From Lingula anatina (taxonomy: Eukaryota > Animalia > Brachiopoda), in the NCBI GenBank assembly GCA_051362555.1, contig CM120647.1, positions 9,052,001 to 9,116,000 of the forward strand: 64,000 nt of DNA. Direction: 5' to 3'. The stretch's first letter is position 1. Each line of letters begins with the position of its first letter. Below are positions 1-14,695 of the stretch, one piece after another. Made by a program: the position numbers and the translations under genes. Below the pieces are notes generated by a model. The model saw nothing but the letters and a program-made list of their open reading frames with translations, was not told the DNA's origin and did not search any database.

Positions 1-2497
1 AGATGTTTTTGACCTTTGTTAATTTGATGTTTCCTTTGCGAGCTATCACTGACAGTGCACGACAGGCCTTAAAGGTAGCAATTATAAATGATAAATAATA
101 ATGTATCTTTTCAATAATTGCTTTTCTAGAGCTGTCAATTCTTAACTTAGCATGTCTGACATGTGACAAATATGTCGTAGTTTGTAGGCATGTTTTCATA
201 ACTTGTTGACATAAGGCACATGCATCTGCCTTATACAAAGCACACATGTGGATCTTATATTTCATAACATTCATAATCTAATTGTTTGTGTTCACTGTGA
301 GCACACGGATGAGGTCATAAAATGCACTATCTCATGATCTCAACTTGATAATCTTTTCTATACTTTTTTGCAAAAAAAAAAAAAAAAATCATATTTGACT
401 TTGATGCATTTCTCAATTAATTTTCTAAAACAGTGATCGCACACAAAAAACATACATCAGAAGATTGAAATTTAATGTGAATCCTACTAAGAAAAACATC
501 ATAAAAACTTAATTAAGCTGTATAAGACATAAATCTATCTTGACGAGCCCTTTCCTTTTATACATAACATTAACACTCCTGCCTCTCAAACAATGCATCA
601 TTTTCCAGATCTATTAATTCATGAACAAAAGGAGGCATTAATCTTCATGTTTTGAATATATATCTTCAAACTGCACAAACTTCAACTTATTTTCATCCCC
701 AGTTCTTTCCATTTGTACATTTTCTACCAAAACAATGGGATAATCTACCACAGTAAGTGAATTATCAGTCACTGTCATTCGCTCTTATGGCAGCTGATCA
801 CCAACGGGGAGACGCATTATGTAATTCAAACAATCAACCAATCCAATGGTCATCGAATAGAGTTGAAAAGGACAAATATTGCATTTGATAATTCTTTCAC
901 CAACAACATCATAATCCTGTACAAAGGGCATTTCAGGCAAACAAATAATCATATATGTGTATATATACTCCCCCCTGTTCTTACCCTATCCATTTTTAGG
1001 GCCTTATTCTATCACTGTATTACTGAGCTAGGCACATGTCATTTCCTCAATTTTAAGGATTACATAATACATTGTGATTTATTTTATTGAATATTGAAGT
1101 CTGATGCAATGTTTAAATCTGAACTGAAGTTGCTCCTGTACTAAAGAAATCATCTAAAAAGTAAAGCCTTATTGTGCAAACAATCATCAATATTCACTAG
1201 AGATATCTACACAACAAACAAACAAACAAACAAACAACAGTGGCAGAGTTATAACCAAAACTTAACAATAATAATACTCATGACTTTATCAGACACTTTT
1301 GTATCAGATAGAAGTGATGAAAATGTACAATAAACAATACCAGATAGCACTGACAACACTGCTCAAATACAAATCTGCCAAAACTGTTTCACAATGAGTT
1401 GCAACATACAGACCATTCAATTTTCCCATGTATTACGTAGCGTGAGGTGCAGAACTATTTCTTTTTTCAAACATCTATTTGTTTTAATACTAGTAGCTAC
1501 TCTGCATTTTCAAGTAGTGATGAATTCTCCAGTAGTGTTATTTGTTTTATAATCCTGTTCTCCATTTCAGGGCCATGTTGTTTTCTAGCCATAGTAAGCT
1601 ATGTATACAGATAAAATTGTTTATTGTTAAGCTGGTGATTTTTGGCCCCGAAGACCCTTCCTATGAACATATAAATGAACTTTGGCCAATTATTTTACCT
1701 CTAGAGATAAAATCTTACATAAGAGGCAACTTCAAAATGCTGATCCTGTGATAGATGGGTTTATCTTTTTGGTTTCAATGTACTGTCTTGTGAAGGGGGG
1801 TGGGGGTTGGGGGGGGGGGGAGATGGACAAATATTAGATGAAATAGCATTCATTTATTTTACAGTGATACTGCTATTGTTCTTTTCACATGTATATGTAA
1901 CAGTTAACAGGTGATAGTGTTTGTAACATGCACTAGTAAATAAATAAATAAATAAATAAATAAATAGCTATTAGTTCTATCTTCAAACATATAACTTTCA
2001 AACAGTCGTTCATACTGCCATGTTTTGCTGACTTTTTTCAACATCCAGTACTGGGAAAGATGGCTCAGCAGGATATTTAGATGTAAATTTGACTGCATGA
2101 CTAAGGAACTTTTTATGTTTTCTAGTCTATAAGACATTTTAGGCAGTTTTAAAAAACACGGTTATATAGACTGAGTTTTGTTGGTGATTTTAATTACGGG
2201 AGATTGGTGTGTGGAGGTGTGAAAGTTTTTATCCAAAGCTGGACATCATGTGAGTATCATATGGACATGAACATAATCAAATATCTCCATTGTCCAGATA
2301 AAAATCCAGTATTTATCAATTATTTCAATCATGTTATTGCAAAACTACATAACAAAATGTTGATAAGTATATAAATACTTGTGTCTATTGTTGGTGTGTT
2401 TTCAAGTAACGGAATGATGTTAGCAACCAGAACATTGCATGTTACCAATAATCAAAATGATCCCATGACTACAGAGAAATGCTTCTTTTACTTTTAA

Positions 2498-2528
<31 letters not shown>

Positions 2529-3562
2529 GTAAGTAAGGAAAAAATATTTCAAAAGAATGTTTCTTCACGCAAAGAATACTTTTCACTAAAACATTGTCCA
2601 TTACAGTAAGTAATTTGCTGATTAAATTTCTTATTGTAAGATGTAAACATTCCTATATAACAACATCTAATTCATATTATGAGGAAAAAATGATATTTTT
2701 CAGTGCAAAAATCATTACCAAACTTTTTGTGAGCAGTAACATTTATACTGTGCACTGTCACTAGATAATAATAATAATTTTTTTTAAATAATAATAATTC
2801 AAAATATCCACTGACCTTCCACTCTGCTTTTCATTTTCTAAAAGCCATTGAAAGTACTTGTTGGAATGCATAAGTTTGTTAAAACACAAAGTGCAATGGA
2901 AGCAAAGAGCACTGTTGATAGAACAACTTGTTCAGATACAACATGCCGCAACCAAAAGCTCAATTTTTATACTCAAAAATGCAAATGAGAAAACACAGGT
3001 GTTCCTGACAATTGTTTCATATTATTGCACCATTATCAAAAATCACAGCATTTAAGTCGTAAAATATGTTCAATAAATAATTCACCTTGTCTGCTAGAAG
3101 AATAAAGCCCGCATATGTTTGAATGCATCATAATTAGCGTTGTTTAGTCAGAATGACACGAGACAGCAAAGCTAAAAAATATACAGTCACTAGATGGTAC
3201 CCATGATAAATACACGTTTTAAACTGAATTTGATTCTTTTTAGATATAAGACTTGGTTTTCATTTTTTCACATTCTTATCTACACCACATCATAAGGCAA
3301 TGTAATATTTCTTTGAAAATACTTATTTTTTTTTACAATTTGTAGGCATATTGTAGTGATTTTCAAGTGTAATAATTGTACATTTCCATAACCCTACCAT
3401 AATTAATTCAGATATGGGCACAATTTCCTTATTCTAAATGTCTGTAATATTTGCCTAAGTCAAAGGAAGTTGTTTTCATCTGTATTGATCTTTATGTTTG
3501 TTAATGGACAGTTAATCTCTTAAATTTTTCACAAATTTCAAGGAAATATTCAAGACATTATT

Positions 3563-3593
<31 letters not shown>

Positions 3594-3719
3594 GGAAAGA
3601 AGTGATTATATTTCCAACTTCCATCAGGTCTTATGGTTATTTCTACAGCATGTTTGTAATATAATCATTTACATTTTATTGGTGGGAGTCCTTATTTTAT
3701 CAGTGCTCTACATTCTCAC

Positions 3720-3835
3720 CTGTGCTCTAACACTGGTCCACAACAGGAACAGGTCACTTTTCCATCATCATTCATCCCTTCTTCTTCTTCCTTCCCTCTT
3801 ATTAAAGATTCAGTAATATGTAATGGTTTTCCCAT
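3720..3835 (-). CDS. Candidate alternative first coding exon of an unidentified host gene (MGKPLHITESLIRGKEEEEGMNDDGKVTCSCCGPVLEH + phase-2 codon)
   Basis: ATG at 3835-3833 with an in-frame TGA upstream. 38 open codons plus 2 nt end at a good donor, CAG|GTGAGA. The sequence is purine-rich. No homology recognised. Confidence 0.35.
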
Positions 3836-5001
3836 TGACTTCTCCCTAACACATCATTCGCAGAGCAGTTCAACAATCATAACGGCCATATATAAAACAA
3901 AAAACACTTTTTTCTCTTTCTCAGTTGTCACTTGTGGATGTTAATTTTCGACTGTAGCAGTAGAATCCGGGTCTACTTGTAAATGCAGGCCAGTAAATGT
4001 CAAAAATTGCCACAAAATCTTCAAAAACAGGTTTTCAATATTTGTTTAAGGAGTTAAAACACTTCATATTTCCAGTCTACAGCATTAAACCAGTCTGGAT
4101 TTCAACAGTCATAAAAATAATTCAACATCCTAGTATACATACAAGCATAGCTAGGAAAGATTTCTCAAATATGTAAAAAAAGATCAAACTTTCCGCATAT
4201 TTACAATCCAGTGTCTTGGCCTTTGGGGGAGCTATCTTCACATCAGGGAATACGGGAGGATCAAGGGCATCGCCAACAAGTACATAACTGCTGTTACACC
4301 CCTTAGAACAATCTAAAATCCAGAAATTTCTCCCAAGTTCCAGGATATCAACCCAACGAGTGTGCGGAGACAAATAACACCTTGAGTACACGTACACTAC
4401 AGAGATCACAGTTCCTACTGACGACCAATCCTCTTTTTTAACTAATCTCTCCCTGCACGGCTCCGCAGGTATGGGTCAAGCAGATTAAAAACCCTGTTTA
4501 CACTGGGTCAACTGGTTCGAACAAGAAACATACCAGGTTCGCAAGCTACAATTTTGAAACCATAAGATGTTGATTTTTATGATCCCAACTCAAATGCTTA
4601 CACAAAGGCAAATAACATCATTAGTGCCAATTGCATGGACTAACATATAAAATATGTTAAAAGCAAACCAAGATTGGACTTCATTTTGTTCAGAGTAAAT
4701 GCTCCTATAAAGGACTGGTCAATTTTACCCACGTGTATTTCAGATAGAGCAAGGGTCAAGGTTTCTGGTCAGATAACCAAGACATTATTAAATGCTTAAC
4801 ATAATATATGATAAGAGTGGACAACAGAACAGTGGCAGGGTTTGGTGATGAGAGAAAGAGAGAGAGAGAAGGAGATCTTAAAAACGATATTGCTTGTGAC
4901 ATTTATTTTTATGTTCGTGCCATGAAATCAGGGTTTGAGCTGTGTCTGCGTTCACAAACCCACAGCTCAAGATGACATATCATGGCAATTATTGTTTATG
5001 A

Positions 5002-5040
<39 letters not shown>

Positions 5041-5310
5041 TGATCTAATGCCCCCTTTAATCACCCACTTCGAAAAATGGCACAAACATAAATGGTTCCA
5101 ATCACCAAAATGTACAATCGTTCTTATGCAATTACCTGTATAGAAACAATCTATTTTCTCAGGCTAATAACAGAGTAAATTACATCCAATGAACTCTTGC
5201 AGCTCTCCAAGATAATGATAGGGGCAAAAAACTTATACCGGTAAATTAGGCATCCTCTCAATATCAATTTTATCACCTGCAAGGATTATCTGCAGTTCAA
5301 AACAACTAAT

Positions 5311-5356
<46 letters not shown>

Positions 5357-7588
5357 GTGCACAGACATATATAACCTCAAAGTTGATACTTTTGTTAGAA
5401 ATTTGATGAAAAGAGCCATTTTAAGGTAACAGGGATGATTATTTTCTCACCAAAATAAACCTACTTCTGTAACCATGGCAATATGTCCCACCTCTGCTGG
5501 GAGAAGGTTTGCTAAAAAGGGTATTAAATGCTTTTTTGGGAAGTGGGAGTTAGAGGGAAGGGCATGCTAAAAACCTGCAAAACAGATTTTTAAATAATTT
5601 TACATTTTCCTCTGTAGAGCCTTGCAACAGAGGCTCTAAAAGTTTTTCCCTATTTACAAAGTTAAAAAAAAAAGTTGCAAAGGAACCTTAACTTAACTTC
5701 TTTTCCATAAGTGAAGAAGCTTGCAAAAGAGGGTATCTAATGTATTTTCTTTATACAGTGTGACAACAGTAGTTCAGTTAAAATTACTACCAATCCAGCT
5801 ATTTTCCCTGCATATCAATCCCATCTCCCAAAATTAAATAAAACAGTCCTTTCATCCTAAAGCAATGAATCCACTTTTTTTCTGTTGATTCAAGGTTTTA
5901 AGTTACTATGCTAAGCATAATGATATCCAATATGTCTTTTCAACTTTAAAATTTAGTCGGGCTTGAAGACAATTTGCTGCCAGTGTATCTTTTTTTACTT
6001 AAAAATTTAGTCGAACTTGAATATCTAGGCCTCTTGATAATTTTGAAAAAAGTTTGTAACCTAATATGGCTATCTTGGAATCAAATTTTTCTTCATATTA
6101 ATTATTTTGGAAGTGGCAAAATTTCAAAGTTTTTACCATATTTCATACTTCCTCATGATTTATCATTTTTGTCCACTCACAACTATATACTTTCTGACAA
6201 AAAGGCACTTAAATTTTCAAAATTTTCAAATCGTAAATTCTTTTTAGTTTCATTAACAAAACTTTTTTTCAAGAAAATTATTAATTATGTTGTTTGAATA
6301 TACCGAGTTATTGCCACACATTCATAGGGTATTTGGAAAAGGACTGGCGTCTTAGGCATATCAAAAGATGGAAGCTTTTGTGGGGAGGGGGGGCAAGGGT
6401 AAAGCTGTTTCTCTTTATTTCAAATTATCACAACTGATATACTCACAGCTTTCAGAAATTTCCCTTTAGAATGCATACTTATGTCTTAAATGGTTTGTTT
6501 TTATATTCTTTAAACGGAGATGACCTGTGTTCACAACTTGTTAATATTTCTAAGCCATCATCCTACGTAATTTATACTATTTTAGTACTTTTTTTCACAA
6601 TTAAACCATTTTTCATTAACACCTAGCTACAATTCTGCGTAAGCTCTGATGTTATTTTAATTTCAAGAATTCATGAAACGCATATATAAAAATCCTTACA
6701 AGAGTTTTTTGCTATCTTTTTTTCATCATTTCACCTGTTTATAAATAATGAAAGGTTTTTTGGAAGGAGAAAGGAAAATTTTGTAAAAACATGATTAAGA
6801 AGTAACATAAGGATTTTGAAAGCCTCTTGTAGTATAATAAAAGTCTTAATTAACTTATCAAATATCTACTTATTCCAGCATAGTTTTTACGAATTGACTT
6901 AGTCAAATTAAAACTTTCTGAAATGAACAGAATAAAAAATGGCATTACTACCAGCAAATTACAAATTAACTCTCTATCACTTTCATTAGAGTTAATTAAT
7001 ACGTCAAAACTTAACTGTCATGTGGTGACAGGCTGTCTCCCATGACACAAGTGACAACCTAATAAGGCCGTGTGATAAGGTCGAAACGTGGCGAACTCCA
7101 TATCAACACAAAATCATTATCTTAGTGTAATAGAACTGGATGAATCCAAGCATTAACCTTGATGTTTAAAAAACTATTTAAAGGTAGCAAGATGCACAAG
7201 ACTATATCTAAAATGTCAGACAATCCAATTTTTTCTAGGCTATTTATTTTCAATCGAACTGGGTTTCAACCTGCTCTTCCTCTCTGTGGTTCTAAATTTC
7301 ACATAAAACATATCAAAACCTTATTTGATCTGCCTTGTATTTAATGTTAAAAATTTCATTAATATGCTGTTTTTAAAAAATCTAGATTCAAATGCAAAAA
7401 AAATTCAGCGCAATAAGAGTTAAGATAAATAAACTACTGTAACAGCTAATACTACTTCTACTACTAATAATAATAAAAGAAAATATAAGGGGTATGTTAA
7501 AATCTTAAATACCTCATTTTCCACTGGAAGGCCAGACTGGTACAGGATTGCTTGCAGTGAGACAATGGCAATAACTGTTTAATAAAAA

Positions 7589-7650
7589 GGCCAGGCTGGG
7601 CCTCGAACACAGAACACCGGTCACTTAATAACAGGGTTGACCACTGGTAG
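7589..7650 (-). pseudogene. Degenerate tRNA-like / tRNA-SINE head
   Basis: Minus strand reads CAGTGGTCAA (A-box-like) ... CTGTG-TTCGAGG-CCCAG (T-arm with B box, one mismatch) CCTGGCC then TTTTT. The acceptor stem does not close. Confidence 0.3.
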
Positions 7651-9839
7651 ATCACTACAGGTGCCCTCTCTATTTCCTCAGTCCCAGGACGACGTCAATG
7701 GTCAGTAATTATCAGCCCAATAAGCAACTGTCCACTCACAGACCAGTCGGATGGTCCGTTCTCAGAGACAAGTGTTCTCCCAACAGGTGCTCTTGTACAG
7801 GACAATTATCATTCAAACCAACAAGTGACCAGTCCTCAAACTGACCACTGGCTACCTAGTACAGCAGGCGGTGAACTTGCAACAATGTGTTCAGTCAAAA
7901 AGTGAGAGTCCACTTCTGCCCGATATTAAGTCTAAAAAGAACCACTGGCTAAAATGAAACAACTGTCCACTGTCTTTTTTCTCCCTTTTATCTAAACTGG
8001 TCAAAAAAGTTACAACTGTAATTATAGCAACTGAAATGACACTGTTTCTTCTTTTTCTCTCTCGATCACTGATGATCTCTCTTCTGTGCAGTGTCCATTT
8101 ATATGAGGGCTGTGGGTAGCAGCAGCGCCTGCTTCTAATACGTCAGGCACATCACAGCCCACGTATTCTAAGAGAAGAGAATCACAATACTCCTTACTGC
8201 TGAAAACACTGTATGAGAAAAACGCCAATTTGCTGACAGTCCTTGCAAAAGAACTAAGAACCAATCGGATTGCAAGTTTCATGAAGGCAGTGTGTTAACC
8301 TTTACAGGAAGAATGTGGGCTGATGTCTGACATCTACCGAGCACCTCTCAGTACCTGGAAGTGTTCTAATATGCAGGGAAGCAAGTCCTTATATCCACTA
8401 TGAAAAACTCTTAATTTTTAAAAACTAATTACAAGTATTTATTGGTTTCCATGGAGTTGCCAGTGTGATTTCCTTTTGATAAGCCTAAAATGAAAAATCT
8501 GACATTTGATTAGAATTCCAACTTTCAAAAAAATGAAAATGTCAATCAGTTAACTGTTGGCCAGTGACTTAAAAGAAGAGTTGTGTTTTTTTTTTAATTT
8601 TCAATATGTACTTGTGTAATTGTGATTTTAACCAAAACTTGTGACTATTTCTCTAATTATCAGTGCTCATTTCCATGCTTATTGTATTTTTCTTCTTTAA
8701 CTAATCATCACCTATCATTTTCACTTAAAAGCAAATGTATTTTTGTCAGAAATCTGTACAAGAAGATACAGAGAAAGAGAAAGTGACTACGTTAAAATTC
8801 CTAGGAATATACTTGATTTTCTTCTTCATCAATTTTACTATTAAAAAAAACAAATAAACAAACATAAAAAACAAGTGAGGTATGAAATCATATTTCCTGC
8901 CTTTATTCTCTCAGACTGTTTCCCCCTTTTCAAATTTGAAATACTGAATATCTACCTACCTATTAAATCTACACAAAATATCATTCATCAATTAAAAACT
9001 ATCATCAATTAATTCATCTTCACAGAGAACCGACCTCCCCACAGGACGATGGTCAAACAAAACTGACCAGCGCACCTAGTGCCCTGAGTGCATTTTTTCA
9101 ACCGTTGGTCAGAAGAAAAGGGTCTCACCAAGAGATATTGATAACCGCCACGCAATCAATAGGAGCCATTTAGAAAATGCACTTCTAAAACCTAGCCTAG
9201 TTATGCAACAACCTCAGCTAAATTATTCATGTCGGCTTTTCCCACCACAGAATTGGATGGATTTTTCCTTGAATTCAATGAGAAAAGAAAAAGTGTTCAA
9301 TTTTCTTTCTGGGGGATACTGAAGGGAAAGAGGCAATGGGGGGCACATAACCGTTGATATTCAATGGACCAGATATAAAATACTTAATTTTATAAACTGT
9401 GGCAAGATGGTATATAGGTGACTATAGGTATATATAGCATTAATAGCATTATTTACTATCAAAACCATCAGGGACCTAATGTTAATAAAGTCCCCCCTCC
9501 CTCTCCCCATGAAAATTACCCCCCCCCCCCCCCCCATATATAAAAACTTTTTCATGGGTAGGAGATTTCATCTGATTCCTGGTATAGTAAAATGTAAATT
9601 TCTTATTCTCCTAACTTCTCTTTAAGTTCTCATCATTGAATTGTCAAAAAAAAAATGTTCTTCATCATAACTACTACTAGTATTAAACAAAATCATATAG
9701 CAAGTAAGCAAAACTATAATGACGAGAGCAGAAATGAAAGTTTACTGATAAAAAGTAAAAATACAGTGATAATGTCACGTCAACAGCATGTTGGGAGCTA
9801 ATCCTTGCAAAGTTTGAAGGCATTTATGTAAATAATTAA

Positions 9840-10175
9840 AGGGATAATAACTCTTCGTATGATATCTTTATTTCACAATAAAAACATTGTGAACAACTCA
9901 TAGAAATATAATATATTCTGTTTTACCACAAAAATGGCAGTTATAGCTATTATTCTGAGATCTGAGCTTGTCTTCAGATCACGTGACTCCCATTGATGGC
10001 TGTACTTTGTTATAATCTCTTAAGAGATTTTAACAAAAAAACAAACTTTTTAGAAAAAACCAGGGACTAACTTTGAATGTAAAAATGGATTCATTAACCA
10101 TTGGTAAGTATGGGAAAATTGTTGTTTACTCCAGGAAAATTCATTTTTTGACCAAAATGAAGAGTTATTATCCCT
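9840..10175. mobile_element. Non-autonomous Kolobok-like DNA transposon (336 bp)
   Basis: Perfect TIR AGGGATAATAACTCTTC / GAAGAGTTATTATCCCT flanked by TTAA on both sides. TTAA TSD with AGG...CCT termini fits Kolobok rather than piggyBac (CC...GG). Confidence 0.8.
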
Positions 10176-10728
10176 TTAACAATTCATATATGTGAATAAA
10201 CAAGTCAAATACAATTATATTAGAAAAAAAAATAATCAACAAAAGTAGAGAATTAAATTGTTGGACAAACATTTAGCTGTTTTGACGACCAGTACTTTTA
10301 TTACTTGTGATGAAATATAGTTATCATGCTTTTGTAATTGTGAGTCACATTGATTGAAAGAAACTTATTTTGATGATGATTAACACTAAAGCCCCTTTTG
10401 GAGGCTTTATTGAAATATTTTGTTAAATGGAGTTGTGGTTTATATGGAGGATAATAAGGGAAAAGATTGTGACATAATTTGAAGTCATAACAGGCATTAA
10501 CACGTTGCCTAATTAACTAAATTCTTTTCACAGTTAATAAGAATAGGATTTTATTTTATTGATTGAGGAATAAATTGCAGGGCCCTGATTACCGAGGCCA
10601 ATATGGACATCATTTTCATGATTTTCTAATGATTGTCATTTTGAAGATTTATTTTTGAGTGATGTAAAAGTATGTCAAAATAAGTAACTGTTTCAAAACT
10701 AAAAACTATTTTATATATGTGTTAATGA

Positions 10729-10771
<43 letters not shown>

Positions 10772-11855
10772 TCTTCACACACAAATATTCCATGAAATAC
10801 ATGCCAGTCAAACAATATGGATGCTGGCTTGTTTCAACACATTACATAAGTCTTAACTATTCCTCCACACCAATATGCCAAATTGCAAACTCGCTAACAT
10901 CCAGTGGAACAACTCACACGGACTCTTTCACATGTCCATAACAAATAAGACTGCATACAATGATCATTCTCTGAGTCACGTAAACGATCAAAGCAACAGC
11001 ATTCTATGCATGCATCTTTTGTATTTTTCATAAAATTAGCGATCAGTTAGAAGAAATGGTGTAATATAATTTGCAAGGTGACCAGCCCATAATAAGGGTT
11101 GTGACCAGTCTTGAGAAGGTTAATTTCTTCTATTGCCACAAAGTGCTGAAATTTTAATGCTGCTGGATGGGACTGCAGTAAAACAGGACAACTTCTTATT
11201 CTGTCAAACCACTATCATCAATGACTTATTTACTGAATGGTTGACAAAGGTGAGAAAAGTTTTAAGTTATTGAGATGGTTTCTGGAGTACCATTGGTTGG
11301 GTTCAAAGCAGTTCTAAGTCAGAACCCCAGATAATTAGATGAGATTTTGGGTTGTAAGAAACCAGAGGAAGGCAGAAAATGAGTAGGCAAGCTATAGAAA
11401 GTATAGAAAGAGAAAATTAAAAAAGAAAACAAGTAGGGGAAAAATGGCTCGGTGGGGAATGGGAGACTCTCATAGGGTAAAACTGGCAACAAAAATTATT
11501 GGATTTCTTATTTACACCAAAAAACAAAATTCATATCTGGATAATGAAAATATAATGAAAACAGCTAGCAATATTCATACAGTAATATTCACTTCTCTAA
11601 CATCTTTTTTTTTTACAGAGCAACAGTTTTAAATAGCAGCAATGTTTTTACTCAGTTTTTTTACCCTTCTACAGTTTCAATATACTTTACAGTGACTTCG
11701 GCTTAACTAAATAAACCTAAATTAAAACATATTGAAATAACATTTGTATAAAATGTTCTGCACATAACCTGTACAATTGATATTGATCTTAAAAGAAAAA
11801 TATATTTTTTAAAATACTCAAATATGATGTATAAGTGAAACACCCCTTAATACAC

Positions 11856-12092
11856 AACTAGGATTCAGAGAGTGCAGACCCCTGCCAAGACAAATAATTA
11901 ACCATTAACTAATCAATTAATTAATTAAAGAATTATCTCCAAAATATTATCACTTTAAAGTAAGCTCATTTCTGACTTATCCTGAAAATTTTATCAAAAT
12001 CCGTCCATAACCTTTTGCAAAATGTTACTTACAAATGGACAAAATAACAAACTAACGAAACAAAAAATATCACCTCCTTGGCAAAGATAATA
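11856..12092 (-). mobile_element. Short degenerate Helentron-associated element (HINE)
   Basis: AACTAG at one end, sub-terminal IR CCCCTGCCAAG versus ACCTCCTTGGCAAAGAT (hairpin end), a CTGAAAATTTTATCAAAATCCGTCCATAAC core and a decayed ACAA microsatellite. Same architecture as the large HINEs in this window. Confidence 0.6.
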
Positions 12093-13790
12093 ATACAGCT
12101 ACTATACCTTAAAAGAAGTAAGCTCATTTTACCACTAAGTGTGTCCTGACAAAGAACTCCATTCACTGAACCCCTATATCAAGTAATTCCGATACTTTTT
12201 TTTTCACAAAAATCCCTAAGCAAGACACACCTCAAAAGCAAAGGGGGAATGAATGAGAAGGCTCATAGGTACCATAAATTCCCAACAAAATTCCCCGAAG
12301 GTCTTCTTAGAAAATCACAAAGCATACAGAACAATCCACCCCACACCAGAGCAAATTACAAAAACACAATTAAAGCAGACAGTTATTCAAGACCTGGCTT
12401 CTTTGGAAAGCTGAGCTCGCGTTCGGAAAGCAAAAGAGGTGTCGGAGCAGTTTTGTTGTCCCCCCAGGAGGCTATTAACAAAATTAGCAAGGCACTAATT
12501 AATGTGATAAAAACTTGAGGGCCATGCCCTTTTAATCCCACTAGACATGCCCCTTGTTAACTGTTTTTGCACCTTGTAATGTTCCTAATTCAAAGCTATC
12601 ATGGAAACATTTCTGGTTCTAAACACCAATATCCACTCCAAAGGCCGTTTCGTAATTAACTGAGTACCAAACATGGATAAAGATCAACAAAGCATTATGG
12701 GAATTGGAAGATTAATATGCATCCATGTTTGAGGCAGACAACTTAAAAGCTAAAGAGAGCCAGAAATGGATAATAATGACGGGGCAACAGATATCGAAAC
12801 AATTTGGTCTTTGCAATCAGCCTGGGTGCAAAGTTGTCTGGCCAAAAGATTTTTGTCGGATATTCTGACAATTTTCTATGTGTTTCTGCTACTAAAGCTG
12901 TTAGGCTGACTGTTCCACCAGGAGGCTAATCCCCAAGACAGTCTAATCCTAACTCGATAACAAATATTTCATACCCCTGTTGTGAATCCTATCTGGTTGT
13001 ATCAGTGAGACCAAGAGGATTTTTGTCTTTGTCAATATCCTCAATAAAAACTTTTTTTTCGTAATTAAGTATGCATACAATGTCCAAACATGTAAATTTT
13101 GTCCTTATTAAAAAGGCAGATGCTAATTTATAGAAATGTTACACACAACCATTTCCTATTTCATGTTCCTATATTTAAAAATCATGTAAACCTTTTGGCA
13201 CAGAGTCAATTTTTCATAGCAACTACAAGAATGGAGTCGGGATACTATGGCATCTGGACAGAAGAATTAGAACACAGACTATTATCCCAAACATAAAATC
13301 CATGCATTTTTTTTTCAACATATTTGATCAAGAACTATGAAAAGTTTTGACATTTGTCTCCTCTACCTGAAATAAAATAATTATGTTATGGAAAAACCAA
13401 CTAAAATAATATATTCTTTGTGGCATGTGTAGAAGAGACACTTTGGAAACTTAAAACACTTTAAAGGATGTCAAAATATCAAACAAAATTCACACAAGGA
13501 GAAATTTAGTTGCTGTATGTTGCTGAACACACTTCTTTTGTTCTTGTAACAAGCAATTTGCCAACTGTTGCCTGTATCGAAGTCCCCCCCCCCTTTTGTT
13601 AATTTTTACTTACCAAGAAGATGATGTGAAGTAATATTACTGGCTTTTGCTCAGCTTCTTGGACTGCAATAAAAAAGAGAAAAAAATTTTGGAAAATCTA
13701 TGTAAGATGAACATCTTTTGAGTTATTGATTTAATGAGTTAATGAGATGATTTTCTTGTATTTTCCCTATTTTATCATGATGTAATATAA

Positions 13791-14004
13791 GGGACCGTTC
13801 ACATGCAAAATCTATTTTCTAAAAATCTATTTTCTATTCGCGGTATCTTGTGATCATGGTCTGTGCCCTGAATACCCCACGGCGTAGCGCGAGCCAGTTA
13901 CTTCCAAAGCTGTAATTAATGCTCGTCTGCGCTCGGAGTGATCACAAGATACCGCGAATAGAAAATAGATTTTTAGAAAATAGATTTTTCATGTGAACGG
14001 AGTC
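13791..14004. mobile_element. PIF/Harbinger-type MITE with ~60-bp near-perfect TIRs
   Basis: CCGTTCACATGCAAAATCTATTTTCTAAAAATCTATTTTCTATTCGCGGTATCTTGTGATCA and its reverse complement. Flanked by TAA and TTA. Confidence 0.8.
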
Positions 14005-14007
14005 TTA

Positions 14008-14488
14008 GACCCCATTCCCATAGACAACATCAGTGTCTATGTGGATTGATCTAACTCTGTGGGGACTTTCACTGAGTGTAATCAGCTTGGGTGAATGACA
14101 CGCCTCATGTTCAGGCTTACCCAACTACCAGACTCGGCACCAAATGGTCCTGAATTCACCGACAGATCAGACCACAATTCCCGTTATCAAGGTGTGCGTC
14201 AGTACGCGCTTCGAAGTTTCGGAAGGACACTGCTCTTGATGTGGTAGTAATGATTCTCAGCGGGGTTGGAAAGTAGTGCATCAAAATTTGTTCCAGGGTA
14301 TGATACTGTGAAATGAGTACTGACACACACCTTGAAAACGGGTAGTGTGGCCCAACCTATTTGTATTAGCACCAGCTTTTTTGTATTCTACATGATGCAA
14401 GGAGGGGGTGTCATTCTGTAATACTGATTGCAATCAGCGAGAGTCCTGCAGATGGGCCGATCCACTCAATGTCTATGGGAATGGGGTC
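14008..14488. mobile_element. PIF/Harbinger-type palindromic MITE (family B)
   Basis: TIR GACCCCATTCCCATAGACA / TGTCTATGGGAATGGGGTC, flanked by TTA and TAA. An internal inverted pair at ~14173-14206 and ~14317-14350 makes the whole element an imperfect hairpin. Confidence 0.8.
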
Positions 14489-14659
14489 TAAGAAAAGCCC
14501 TTTGATGACTGACTTTGCACCCACTCCTTCATTTTGAAATAAAACAAATGAAAGAGTGAATCAAAAATATACATGCTCATAAGTTTCTTTTTTCTCTATC
14601 TCTCTTTCTTTTTTCAGAATACTCAGTACTCGATACAAATAATCTAAAACACTCCTTCT

Positions 14660-14695
<36 letters not shown>

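Noticed and set aside
69-560. Possible Kolobok remnant (TTAAAGG ... CCTTTTA)
   Set aside because: The TIR match is too short and degenerate to support.
8022-8282. 86-aa minus-strand ORF
   Set aside because: No recognisable domain or splice context. At most a uORF in a leader.
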